Of a DNA stretch of 64,000 nucleotides, positions 38,268-51,100 are shown piece by piece. The notes under the pieces were generated by a model. The model was not told the origin of the DNA. It made no database searches and worked only from the letters and a program-made list of their open reading frames with translations. The position numbers were made by a program, and so were the translations under genes. The DNA comes from Lama glama (taxonomy: Eukaryota). How positions within the stretch are numbered: the first letter of the stretch is position 1; every line of letters begins with the position of its first letter. The stretch lies in contig CM052818.1 of NCBI GenBank assembly GCA_028534125.1, positions 11,968,001 through 12,032,000 of the forward strand, read 5' to 3'.

Positions 38268-41200
38268 AGCTGAATCCAAGAAGATGGCGGAGTATTAGGA
38301 CCATGAGCTTGCCTCACCTTGCGACTACAACAGAACCACAACCGACTATTGAACAGCCATCAAGAAAAAAGATCTTCAACTGGAAACAGAGAGGGAACCA
38401 CAGCAGGAAGGTAGGAAGGGGTGTGCTCACGATATAATCAGGCCCCATACCCCTCGGGTGGGCAACCACAAGCTGAAGAACAATTAAGTTGCAGAGGCGC
38501 TCCCACAGGAGTGAGAGTTCTGAGCCCCATGCCAGGCTCCACAGTCCAGGGTTCCAGCATTGGGAGGAAGACACCCCAGGACATCTGGTTTTGAAGACTA
38601 GTGGGATCTCACATGCACCAGATCCAGAGACAGTGATTTCATAGGAACCTGGGTCAGACCTGTCTGCTGGTTTTGAAGTTCTCCCGGGGAGGGGAGGGGA
38701 GGTAGGGGACGGCTGCGGCTCACCCAGGTGGGTATTCCAGAAATGTTCACCTACATGAGCTTTCCTAGAGGCTGACATCTTGATTGGATCATTAGCAACA
38801 AGACCTAGCCCCACCTGACAGCCTGTAGGAGAAGCCTCAGGCCAAACAACACAGCCCCACCTGTGAGCAGACTTCCTAAGCCACAAACACCTCTAGTCAT
38901 GGCCCTACTCACCGGAGGTCCAGGACCAAGCTTCTCCAGCCAGGAAACCTGCATAAGCCTCTAGTGCAGCCTCATCCACCAGAAATAAGAAAACAACAGT
39001 CCCCTGACCCTTGAGTGACAAGAGAGGAGCGTACTGCTGGGACTCATAGGACATATCCCAGAGGGCCACTTCTCCAAGGTCGAGAAACGTAACTAACCTA
39101 CCTAAAAATACAAAGACAGACAAGATGAGGTGGCAGAGGGATGTCTTGCAGAACAAGGCACAAGATAAAATCCCAGAAGAAGAAATAAGTGATGAGGAGA
39201 TAGGCAATTTACCTGAGTTTAGAATAATGATGGTGAAGATGATCAGAGAACTCAGGAGTATAGATGCACAGAGCAAAGTTTTTAGCAAAGAGTTGGAAAA
39301 TATAAAGAATACCCAAATAGAGTTAAAGAATAGAATTACTTAAATAAGTATCACACTAGAAGGAACCAAGAATAGACTAAATGAGGCAGAAGAATGGATT
39401 AGTGAGCTAGAAGAGAGATTAGTGGAAATCACTACTGCAGAACAGAAAAAAAGAAAAAAGAATGAAAAGAAATGAGGATGGTTTCAGAGGACTTTGGGAC
39501 AACATTAAGAGCACTAATATTCACATTATAGAGGTCCCAGAAAGCAAAGAGAGAGATAAAGGACCTGAGAAAATTTCTGAAGACATAATAACTGAAAACT
39601 TACCCAAGTCCAGGAAGCACAGAGTCTCAAAGAGGAACACACCAAAGCCCATAGTAATCAAATTGACAAAAATTAAAGATAAGGAGAGAATATTAAAATC
39701 AGTAAGAGAGAAGCAACAAATAACCTTATGGGAGTTCCCCTTGTATGTTATCAGCTGATTTTTCAGCAGAAACCTTTCAGGCCAGAAGGGAGTGGAACGA
39801 TATATTTAGAGTGATGAAAGGGAAAAACTTACCACCAAGAATACTCTATCCAGCAAGGCTCTCATTCAGTTTTGATGGAGAAATCAAAAGCTACACAGAT
39901 AAAGAAAAGCTAAAAAAGAATTCAGCACCTCCAAACTAGCTTTACAGTAAATTTTAAAGGAACTTCTCTAGTCATCAAAGCATGAGAAAAGAACAAAGAA
40001 CTCATACAACTTAAGAAAAAAAAACAAAAAACAAAAACAATCTAAAAATAAGCAGACCTAAACAAGCAATTCTCCAATGAAGACATACAAATGGCCAATA
40101 GACAAATGAAAAAATGCTCAATATTGCTAATTATCAGAGAAATGCAAATCAGAACTACAAACAATAAATGTTGGAGAGGCTGTGGAGAAAAGGGAACTCT
40201 CCGTACACTGTTGGCAGGAGTGTAGTTTGGTGCAGCCATTATGGAAAACAGTATGGAGATTCCTCAAAAGACTTGTAAATAGACTTACCATATGCAGTCC
40301 TATCCCTGGGCATATATCCAGAGGGAACCTTAATTCAAAAAGACACATGCACCCCAGTGTTCACAGCAGCACTATGTACAATAGCCAAGACATGGAAACG
40401 ACCTAAATGTCCATTGACAGATGACTGGATAAAGAAGTTGTGGTATCTTTATACAATGGAATACTACTCAGCCGTGAAAAATAATAAAATAATGCAATTT
40501 GCAGTGACATGTATAGACGTAGAAAATGTCATTCTAAGTGAAGTAAGCCAGAAAGAAAAATACATGGTATCACTTATATGTGAAATCTTAAAAAAAAAAA
40601 AAGAAAAGAAACTTATTTACAAAACAGAAACAGACTCACAGACGTAGAAAACAAACTTATGGTTACCAGGGGAGGGAATGGGGTGGGAAGGGACAAATTG
40701 GGAATTGGAGATTTGCAGATACTAACTACTATATAAAACAAACTACTATATACAATAGATAAACAATAAGTTCATACTGTGTAGCACAGGGAACTATATT
40801 CAATATCTTGTAACTTATGGTTAAAAAGAATATGAAGATGAATATATGTATGTTCATGTATAACTGAAAAATTATGCTTTACACCAGAAATTGACACATT
40901 TTAAACTGACTATACTTCAATAAAAATATACTTAAAAAAAAAAAACTACAAAAACAAACCCAAAACATTTAACAAAATGGCAGTAAGAACATACCTATTG
41001 ATAATTACCATAAGTGAAAATGGATTAAATGCTCCACCCAAAAGACACAGACTGAATGGATGTGAAAACAAACCCATATATATGCTGTTTACAAGAGACC
41101 CACTTCAGAGCTAGAGAACATGCAAGCAGAAAGGAGATGAAAAAAGATACTCCATGCAAGTGGAAACCAAAGGAAAGCTAGAGTAGACAAAACAGATCTT

Positions 41201-43430
41201 AAAAGACTTGTAAGAGCCAAAGAAGGACACTACATAATGCTTAAGGGATCAATCCAAAAAGAGGATATATCAATTGTAAATATATATGCACCCAACATAG
41301 GAGCACCTCAATATATAAGGCAGTTGTTAACAGACATAAAAGGAGAAATCAACAGTCACAATAGTGGAGGAACTTAAGACCCCACTTACATCAATGGACA
41401 GATTATCCAGACAGGAAATCAATAATACAGGCCCTAAATAACACATTAGACCAGATGGACTTAATTGATAGCTATAGAGCACTCCATCTGAAACCAGCAG
41501 AATACACATTCTTTTTAAGGGCACATGGAACATTCTCCTGAATTGACCGCAAAGCTACAAGGTTAGAAGTCAACTACAAGAAAAAAAAATGCAAACACAC
41601 GGAGGCTAAACAATATACTACTAAACAACCAATGGATCACTGAAGAAATCAAAGAGGAAATCAAAAAATACTTTGAGACAAATGAAAATGAAAAACACAA
41701 TAATCCAAAACCTCTGGGACACAGCAAAAGCTGTTCTCAAAGGGAAGATTATAGTGAAACAAGCCTTCCTCAGGAAACAAGAAAAGTCTCAAACAACCTA
41801 ACCTTACATCTGAAGCAGCTGGAGAAAGAACAAACCCCAAAGTTAGTAGAAGTCGCAAAGATTAGAGCAGAAATAAATGAAATAGAGACAAAAAAAAAAA
41901 AAAGAGCAATGAAACTAAAAGCTGGTTCTTTGAAAAGATAAACAAAATTTGATAAACCCTTAGTCAGGCTGATCAAGAAAAAAAGAGGGCTCAAATTACT
42001 ACAGTCAGAAATAAAAAAGAAGTTAACAACTCACACCACAGGAATACAAGGGGTTATAAGAGGCTACTATAAGCAACTGTACATCAACAAAAAGGACAAC
42101 ATAGAAGAAATGGACAATTTCTTAGAAAGGTACTAATTACCAGTACAGAAATTGAATCAATAATTAAAAACCTCCCAGCAAACAAAAGTCCAGGACCAGA
42201 TGGCTTCACAGGTGAACTCTACCAAACATTTAGGGAAGAGTTAACACCTATGCTTCTGAAACTATTCCAAAAAATTGCAGAGGAAGGAACACTTCCAAAC
42301 TTGTTCCATGAGGCCACCATCACCCTGATACCAAAACCATACAAAGATAGCACACACAAAAAAAGAAAATTACAGGCCAATAACACTTATGAATAAAGAT
42401 GCAAAAATCCTCAACAAAATATTGGCAAATAAACTCCAACAATGCATTAAAAGGATCATACACTATGATCAAGTGGGATTTATACCAGGGATGCAGGGAT
42501 TTTCAATATCTGCAAATCAATCAGTGTGATACTCAACATTAACAAATTGAAGAATAAAAACCATATGATCATCTCAACAGATGCAGAAAAAGGTTTTGCA
42601 AAATTCAACATCCATTTATGATAAACTCTCTAGAAAGTGGGCATAGACAGAACATACCTCAACATAATAAAGGCCATGTATGACAGACCCACAGCTAACA
42701 TCACACTTAATGGGGAATGCTAAAGGCATTTCCTGTGAGATCAGGAGCAAGACAAGGATGCCCACCTTTGCCACTTTTATTCAACATAGTCTTGGAAGTC
42801 CTAGCTAATAGCAATCAGAAGGAAAAAATAAAAGGAATCCAAACTGGAAACAAGTAAAACTGTTACTGCAGATGACATGATATACTATACATAGAAAACC
42901 CTAAAGAAGTGACCAGAAAACTACTAGAGTTTATCAATGAATTTGGTAAAGTTGCAGGATACAAAATTAATATACAGAAATCAGTTGCATTTCTATACAC
43001 TAAACAAAATAGCAGAAAGGGAAATAAAGGAAACAATACTATTTACCATTGCACCAAAAAGAACAAAATACCTAGGAGTAAACCTACCCAAGGAGGCAAA
43101 AGACCCTCACACTGAAGACTGTGAGACACTGATGAAGGAAATTAAAAACGACATAAACAAAGGGAAAGATACACCGTGTTCTTGGATTGGAAGAATCAAT
43201 ATTGTTAAAATGGCCATACTTCCTAAGGCAACATACGGATTCAGTGTAGTCCCTATCCAAATTACCAACAACATTCTTCACAGAGTTGGAACAAAAAGTG
43301 TTAAAATTTGTATGGAAACACAAAAGAACCCAAATAGCCAAAAAAAATCTTGAAATCAAGTACAAGAAGCCAGCTGCTGGAGTAATGTATATAAAAGCAA
43401 AAATAAACAAATGGGTTCTAGTTAAACAAA
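38268..43430 (+). mobile_element. LINE-1 with 5'UTR, frameshifted ORF1 (~39125-39971) and ORF2 (ATG 40977; endonuclease and RT); 3' end missing; dead
   Basis: aagatggcggag 5' motif; ORF1 peptides (PRILYPARLSF, ends ILKELL*); ORF2 [47 protein letters not shown]; many stops and frameshifts. Confidence 0.93.
39995..40945 (+). mobile_element. Younger 5'-truncated L1 (ORF2 C-terminus, 3'UTR, polyA) nested in the host L1 inter-ORF spacer
   Basis: Peptides [21 protein letters not shown] and WIKKLWYLYTMEYYSAVK; 3'UTR ending actgactatacttcaataaaaatatactt-polyA. Confidence 0.9.
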
Positions 43431-43999
43431 TTTGATCCAAGAAAAGATGCTCACACTAATCTAGGCAAAAAGAAATCAAGCAGTCTATACAAATTAGTTT
43501 CACTATGTCAAAAGAGATGTCTTAAAGGCTTTTTAGCTTTTCTATTAAAAAGAAATTGAGAGTCAGATAACTATAAACTTCTCTTTATTGCCTGAGAGCT
43601 AACAAAGTCACACTAATGCAATTTTCCTAAAATTCTGTCGGCTTTATTCACTAAAGGTGAAATGAGTTAATGGTTATTCTAGTAGGCCCATAAAGCATTG
43701 TTCTCCCACAAAGAAAAAAGAAAGAAACCATCAAATTATAATTCTAAAGGCTGATTACCAGCCACAGGTAAACTAACTTAAGCTGCATTTACATATAACT
43801 GGAAGTGGAAGTGGATCATCTTTGGTAATCCCTATCTAGGTGAGAATAGAAAAACTACTAAAATTTCAAGATAGAATCATCTCCTATGTAATCTGAACAC
43901 CTTGTCTCTAAGCAACAACAAATGATGTCTAATGGGAAGGCACTCGTCAAGGGATTTAGCTGTCTTCAGTTTACTGAGAGCTCTGACTGGGAAAGATCT

Positions 44000-44212
44000 A
44001 TGGCTTGGGTTAGAAAACTGGCTCATTGGCTGGCTACCTGTTTTGTGAATAGTTTTACAGGAACACAGCCACAATCACACCCATTTGTTTATGTACTGTC
44101 CATGGCTCCTTTTACACTATGATGGCAGCACTGAATTTTCTAACAAAGATGGGACCTTAAGCTTAAAATATTTACTACCTGACCTTTTAAGAGAAAGTTT
44201 GCTGGCCCCTGG
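44000..44212. mobile_element. MER58-like hAT-Charlie element
   Basis: gttttacaggaacacagccac...aaaatatttactacctgaccttttaagagaaagtttgctggcccctg. Confidence 0.8.
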
Positions 44213-44264
44213 TCTATGGCATCATTTAACAAACATTAGAAAAAGCATACAAATCATTTTTGGG

Positions 44265-44382
44265 TTTTGTTAAAATGCAGATCTCATCACAAGGTCTGAG
44301 GTTAAGACCTGAGATTCTGTTTCTAAGAAGCTCCAGGTGATGCCTGTGCGACTGGCTGGCACAGCTCATTTTGAGTAGCAAC
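44265..44382. mobile_element. MER5-like fragment
   Basis: ttgttaaaatgcagat...gagattctgtttctaagaagctccaggtgatgcc...tttgagtagca. Confidence 0.7.
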
Positions 44383-47300
44383 AGCGTAAGGCATACATTA
44401 GTCTATTCTGTCAGAGCATTGGTTTTTAACCAATATGCTAATAGTGTTGCTGTCAAGGAATCCTGAATTGGGAGTGGTTATTAGCCTTGAATGCACATTA
44501 GAATAAATTAGGAAGCTATGAAATTATCAACACTCCAGTTCAGAACTTCTAGTTCTGGCCATTAATAATGGGTATCAGATCTCCCCTCCTGCTATAAAAG
44601 CCTATAAATCGAATACAAAACAATATAGCTGCACAGAATTTATGAAGCAACTTTTCAGGTATAGCGAACAACCAGGGCTGTGATTCTTACAAAAAGGCAA
44701 ACAACCCAGACCCCAGAAAGGCCATATTTTTAAGATACTTATTTTAGACCAGTCCAAAAATGCCTAAACAGAAATCAGGACATGATCAAGTTGAACCACC
44801 AATAAGTTAACTGCTTGCCAGGACAAAACACAACACTCTTTTAAAGAATACTATAAAATCTGGAGTCTTAAGAACTTAGCATCTACACTGTTCACCACAC
44901 AATAAAACTTTACTACACATAAGGAGCAGGAAAATGTGACCCATAACTAGGAGAATAGAAGAACAGAAATGGACATATATATATGTACCGGATGGCAGAA
45001 TTATCAAACAGGGATGAAATATCTACATAAATATGTTCAAGGACTTAAAGGAAAAGTTAAACACAGTAAGTGAACAGAGAAATGGAAAAACAGTGCACTT
45101 CTGGTAGTGAAAAAAACACAATATTTGAAATGAAAAATCTCTGGCTAGGCTTAATCACCAGTTCAACAATCAAGTAGAGGCCAGACAAAAGAAGATATCC
45201 AAACTGGAGTACAGCAAGATAAAAAAGACTGATCTTAAAAGTGAACAGAACCTCAGAGCCTGTGAGAAAAGGTAAAGCAGTCTAACTTGCATGTATTGGA
45301 ATTTCAGAAGTATGAGCCACAACTTGTGGCTGAAATATTCAATTTGATGACAGATGTCAACCCACAGATAAAAGAAGCTCAATGAACTCAAAGCAGGATA
45401 AACACAAAGACAACCAAAGATCTAGAAAATCCAAAGATTAAAAAATAAATTTTAAAAGCAGCCAGAAGAGAGAGAGAGGATTAATGATAAGAATACCTAC
45501 TAACTTCTAAAAAACACACCCAAGAAGACAGGAGAACAACTTATTTAAAGTTCGGAATGAAAAATTCCATACCCAGCGAAGACTTCAAAATGAAGGTGAG
45601 GGGCATCTGGTTCCAGACAAGAGAAATATTCTACTCTATACTTTCTGCTAATTACAACTAATGACTTTTGACAAAAAGGAACTAATAGAACATCCTCAAA
45701 GTTGTTTAACAGAAGGCGGACTGGATAGGGACATCAGGACTTGAGGAAATGAACTAATCACGAGTCTTCCCTAATCCCCCTGTGCATCTAAACCTGGGCC
45801 ATAAAGCAGCCTGCAGTCTGAAAACAACATGCATAGACAGAAAGAAAAAAAAAGCCTGCTCTCTCCAAACAGTGGACCAGGGAGAGGCCAGGTCTACAGT
45901 ACAGAACACTCTTGACTACACCTGCTCTACTCTAGGTGAACACCATGAAAGAAACTGCACCCCTCCCACTTCTGACCAGGTGCTGTGGAAACTGGGGTGA
46001 GTCCTATCAAGTACACCACCCTGTGCTAATAATCAGGATGTGCACTTACTCCTCCCCACCAAGCACTAAGGAGACTAGAGTGGAACCCTGTCAACCAGAC
46101 CATCCCCACACTAACAAGGTGGTACCCTGCCCCAGGGTGTTATAGAAATTATGAGACAGCCCTGTCAACCATTCCAAAACTGTACTACTAAGGTGGCACA
46201 CTTCCCTCCTTACCACGTACTATGGAGACTAAAGGGCAGCACCCTGTAGACTACCCTTCCTGCATTAACACAAGCAGAAACAGTGCCTCCATCCCTCACC
46301 CCAGACTCTGTACTGTGCAGCAGAGCCCTACACCAGCAGTGCCCACTCTGCATTAAGCACACATCAGCAAAGAGAAAGTAAACCTCTGCTTCCCACTGGC
46401 CTCAAATACTGCGGGGAGGAGCCCTACTGACCATCACTACCATGCATTAAGGACTTCAAAGAGGTGGCATTCCACATGCTCCTAATTAGAAAACCTTGCT
46501 GTCAGTAATTAATGGAGAACTACTAGATAGAAGAACAACAAGGTTAGGTCACACAAACCAGTGGGATTTAACCATTATTTATAGAGCACTCCACCCAAAA
46601 ACAGGAGAATACATGTTCTTTTCAATTGCAATTGGAATATTCACCAAGATAGACCTTATCCTGGGTTATGAAATAAACCTTAACAGATTTAAAACAAAGT
46701 TATACGAAGTATGTTCTCAGACAATAATATAAATTAGAAATCAGTAACAGAAAAACCTTTAAACACTTGGAAATTAGGCAGCACACTTCTAATAACCAAA
46801 GCATCGAAAGAAGTCTCACAGGAGAGTACAAAATTAAAATACAATATATAATGATTTATGGGATGCAGTTAAAATGGAATTTAGTAGGCCCTTTATAGTG
46901 TTAAATAATTATATTAGAAAAAAAAAGTTTCACATCAGTAGTCTAAACTTTCCACCTGAAATAGAAAAAGGAAAATAAACAAATCAAGCTAAAAGAAAGA
47001 AAAGGAAAATCTCCAAATATATGAAAAAAATTTAAAAACTCTTCTGACTGGGTCAAAGAACCCAAGAGGAACTTAAAACTAAATGAAAATGAAAACATAA
47101 TATATCAAAATATATGGGACATGGCTAACACAGTGTTAGAAGGGAAATCTGTAATACTAAGTACTTATATTAGAAGAGTCTCAGTTCAGTAACTGAGGCT
47201 TGTTTCCCCCTCAAGCAATTAGAAAGAGAAAATAAGTACATAGCAGAATGAAGGAAATAAAAACAAGAGCAGAAATCAATGAAACTGACAAAAGAAAAAT

Positions 47301-47559
47301 AGTAAAAAAAAAAAAAAAATCAAAAGCTGGTTCTATGAAAAGACCAATAAAATTGATAAACCTGGTCAAAAAAGAGAGAAAACATAATAAAGTACTGATA
47401 TTTGTAAACATATTACTATAAGCTTCAATCTCATTTAGAGGATTTATATAAAGGAATATTATGAACAGTTCTACACATAACAATACAATGACTTAGACAA
47501 AAATCGACCAATTCTTAGAAAGCCACAAATTATCAAAACTACCTCAAGATGAAATAGAT

Positions 47560-48181
47560 TAGGGGTTGGTAAACTGTGGTCTGCAGGCCAATTTTGTGAC
47601 ACTTGAAAATTACTTGGAATTCAAATTTTTATACCATAAATAGTTTTGTTCAAAGCATAAATACAGGACAGAAATAGACTCATGGACAGAGAATACAGAC
47701 TTGTGGTTACGGGAGGGGGGTAGAAGGTGGGAAGGGATAGAATGGGATTTCAAAATTGTAGAATAGATAAACAAGATTACACTGTATAGCACAGGGAAAT
47801 ATACACAAAATGTTATGATAAATCACAGAGAAAAAATGTGACAATGAGTGTGTATATGTCCATGAATGAGTGAAAAATTGTGCTGAACACTGGAATTTGA
47901 CACAACACTGTAAAATGATTATGANNNNNNNNNNNNNNNNNNNNNNNNNNNNNNNNNNNNNNNNNNNNNNNNNNNNNNNNNNNNNNNNNNNNNNNNNNNN
48001 NNNNNNNNNNNNNNNNNNNNNNNNTAGTTTTCTTGAAACTCAGCCATACTCATTTGTTTACCTATGGTATATGATGCTTTTGCACTACAATGCAGAGCTG
48101 AATAAAACAGAGACCATATGGGATCTGTAAAACCTAAATATTTACTGTCTGGCTCTTTACAGGAGAGTCTGCCCACTCTTG
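47560..48181. mobile_element. MER58-like hAT element with 8-bp TSD, interrupted by a young L1 3' end (+, ~47651-47924)
   Basis: aaatagat|taggggttggtaaactg ... gtctgcccactcttg|aaatagat (TSD 47552-47559 and 48182-48189). Confidence 0.85.
47925..48023. other. Assembly gap (~99 N), probably covering an L1 polyA tail
   Basis: Run of N directly after L1 3'UTR end gtaaaatgattatga. Confidence 0.95.
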
Positions 48182-51100
48182 AAATAGATAATCTGAATAG
48201 TCTTAGCAAAAATATTGAATTCATAGTTAAAAAGGAAAAGAAATCTCCAGGTCCAGATGGTTTTACTGGAGAATTCTCTAAAACATCTAAAAAGAAATTC
48301 TATTCATTCTCCTCCAGAAATTAGAAGATCTCTCAACTAATTTATGAGGCCAGCAATACCTGGTTACAAAACTGGACGAAGACAATAAAATGAAAACTAC
48401 AGACCAATAGTCTTCATTAGATATGCAAACGTTCTCAACAAAATACCAGCAAACTGAATCCGATGACGTATGAAAAGAATAATACACCATAGCCAAGTGG
48501 GGTTGATTCAAGGAGTGTAAGATTAGTTCAATATTCAAACACTAATCAGTGTCATCCACCATGGTAATACCATAAAGATGAAACATCAGATGATCGTATT
48601 AATTGATACAGAAAATGCATTTGACAATATTCAGCACCCATTAATGATAACTCTTAATACACTAGAAATGGAGAGGAGCTTCATCAACAGCTTTATCAAA
48701 GAATATCTACCAAAAATCTACAATTAACATCACACTAAACAATGAGAGGCCAAAAACTGGAAACAACTCACATGTTCTTCAACACTACATCCATACCTCA
48801 GAATGCAACTTAGCAATAAAATGGAATCATCCATCAGTACATGCAAAATTTGGGTGTTATGGTGAAAGAAAGCCAATCTCAACAAGCTACAGTCTATAAT
48901 TTGATTTATACTGACGTGCCCCAAATGGCAAAATTAGTGATGCAAACAGACCAATGCTTGCCAGGATTTAGGACTGGGGAGATGGTGTCACTATAAAGCA
49001 ACATGAATATCAAGTTACCATTATCAGGAATGAAAAATTACCAGTATCAGGAATGAATACTGAAGATGTTAAACGCATAATAAGAGAATATCATGAACTG
49101 TATAGAGCTGACAAATTTGACAACTTAGATGAAATGGACAAATTTCTTGGAAGATCAAATTGCCAATCCTGACTCAAGAAAATCTAATTATCACTATTAT
49201 CTGTGATAGAGAGTAAATTGATAATTTAAAATTTTATTCCAACAAAACTCTAGACCTAGATGGTTTTCTTGCTAAATATTGTCACTTATGAAAAACAAGT
49301 CCTATAAAAACATTTTCTGAAAAGACACTTCCCTCTCATGTAACTTTTAGAGACCAGAAAACAAAACCATACAAGGATACTATGAGAGAAGAAAACTACA
49401 GACCAATATCTCTCATCAATATAGATATAAAAATCCATAATAGAAAAATAGCAAATTGAATTCAGTATGACAACACATCATGACTAAGTGGGGTTTATTC
49501 CAAAAATAAAAGGTTAACATTCAAAAATCAATGTAACTCCTTATACTAGTAAAGGAGAAAAATCATATGATCATCTCAACAGATCACAAAAAACAACTTA
49601 TTACCCATTTATGACTTAAAGTTATTCTTCAGCAAACTACAAATACACTGAAATTTCCTCAGTGTGAGAAAGAGCATTTAGGAAAAACCTACAGCTAACA
49701 TCATACTTAATGGTGAAAGAAAGAAGAAAGATCCCTGAGATCAGGAACATAACAAGGATGCCCACTCTCATTACTTCTATTGAATGTAGTATTAGGGGTC
49801 CCAGCAGCTGTAATAAGAGATAAAAGAAGTAAATGAAAGGCATACATCTTGGAAAGGAAGAAGTAAGATTCTATTGACAGACAACATGACTGACCATGCG
49901 GAAAATCCTAAGAATACACAAGAACTACTAGAACTAACAAGTGAATTTTAGGGAGATCCCAAGACACAAGGTCAGCATACAAAATCAATGTATTTCTATA
50001 TACCAATAAATAAATGGAATATGAATTTTTTTTAAATGACATTTACAATAGGATTAAAAAACAAAATACCTGGAGATAACTTTTAATGTGTAGGATATCT
50101 ACACTAAAAACTACAAAACATTGTTGAAATAAGTTAAAGAAGATCTACATAAATGGGGAAAAGTATCAGGTTCATGCATTGGAGGATTCAGTGTTGTTGG
50201 GATTTCAGTTCCCCTGATACTGATCTTTACATGTGGTATAGTATCAATTAAGATCTCATTGTGCTGCTCAGTAGAAATTGACAAGGTGATTCCTAAATTT
50301 TTATGGAGGGGACCAGGACCTAAAATGGCTATGGCACCTTTGAAGAAAAGAAAGGGGCTGAAGGACTTAAACTACCTAATTAAACTACCTAATTTCACAA
50401 CCTGCTATAAAGCTATAGTAATTGGTGCAGTACGGTTTGGGTTTAAGGACAAATAGATTGATAGAAAAGAGAATCCAGAAATAGTTCCATGCTTATACAG
50501 CTGATTTTTCAAAAAGGCCCCAAAGAAATTTAATTAGGAAGAGGAAAATCTTAAACAAACCGAGCTGGGGTAACTGGCTTTTTTCTATGCAAAAGAATGA
50601 ATCTCAACCCCTACCTCACATCATACCCAGCTGGTTTGAGATGGCTCATTGACCCAGACATGAAAGCTAAAATTATAAACCTTCTAAAAAGTATACAGCA
50701 AAATAACTCTGTGACCCTGAGGTAGGCAAAGATTTCTTAATTTTTTTTCTGTAAAGAAACCTAAGAAAAAAAAAAACTGATAAGCTGAACTTCAAATAAA
50801 AAAGTTTCTGCTCATCAAAGATACTTAAATAAACAAATAGGCAGGCTGCACACTAGGAGAACATTTCCACAATGTAGATACTGGACAGGAGACTTATATG
50901 TGGAATATAGAGAGAATTTCTACAGCTTAATAAAAAGACAATCATCCAAACAAAAATGGACAAAATACTTGAAAAGACATTTCACAGAAGACGATACATG
51001 AATGGGCAGTCAGCAGGAAAAGGTGCTCACAATTATTAGTCATCAGGTAAATGATAATTGGAATCACCATGAGACACTAATACACACACACTGGAGTGGC

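Noticed and set aside
39125..43353. L1 ORF1/ORF2 fragments as an active or domesticated gene
   Set aside because: Many frameshifts and stops, a nested insertion and a missing 3' end
47870..48224. ORFs containing X runs
   Set aside because: Artefacts of the second N gap within repeats
49010..49060. Short tandem duplications (ttacca.tatcaggaatgaa twice; similar ones at ~40725 and ~50370)
   Set aside because: Ordinary slippage inside decayed L1
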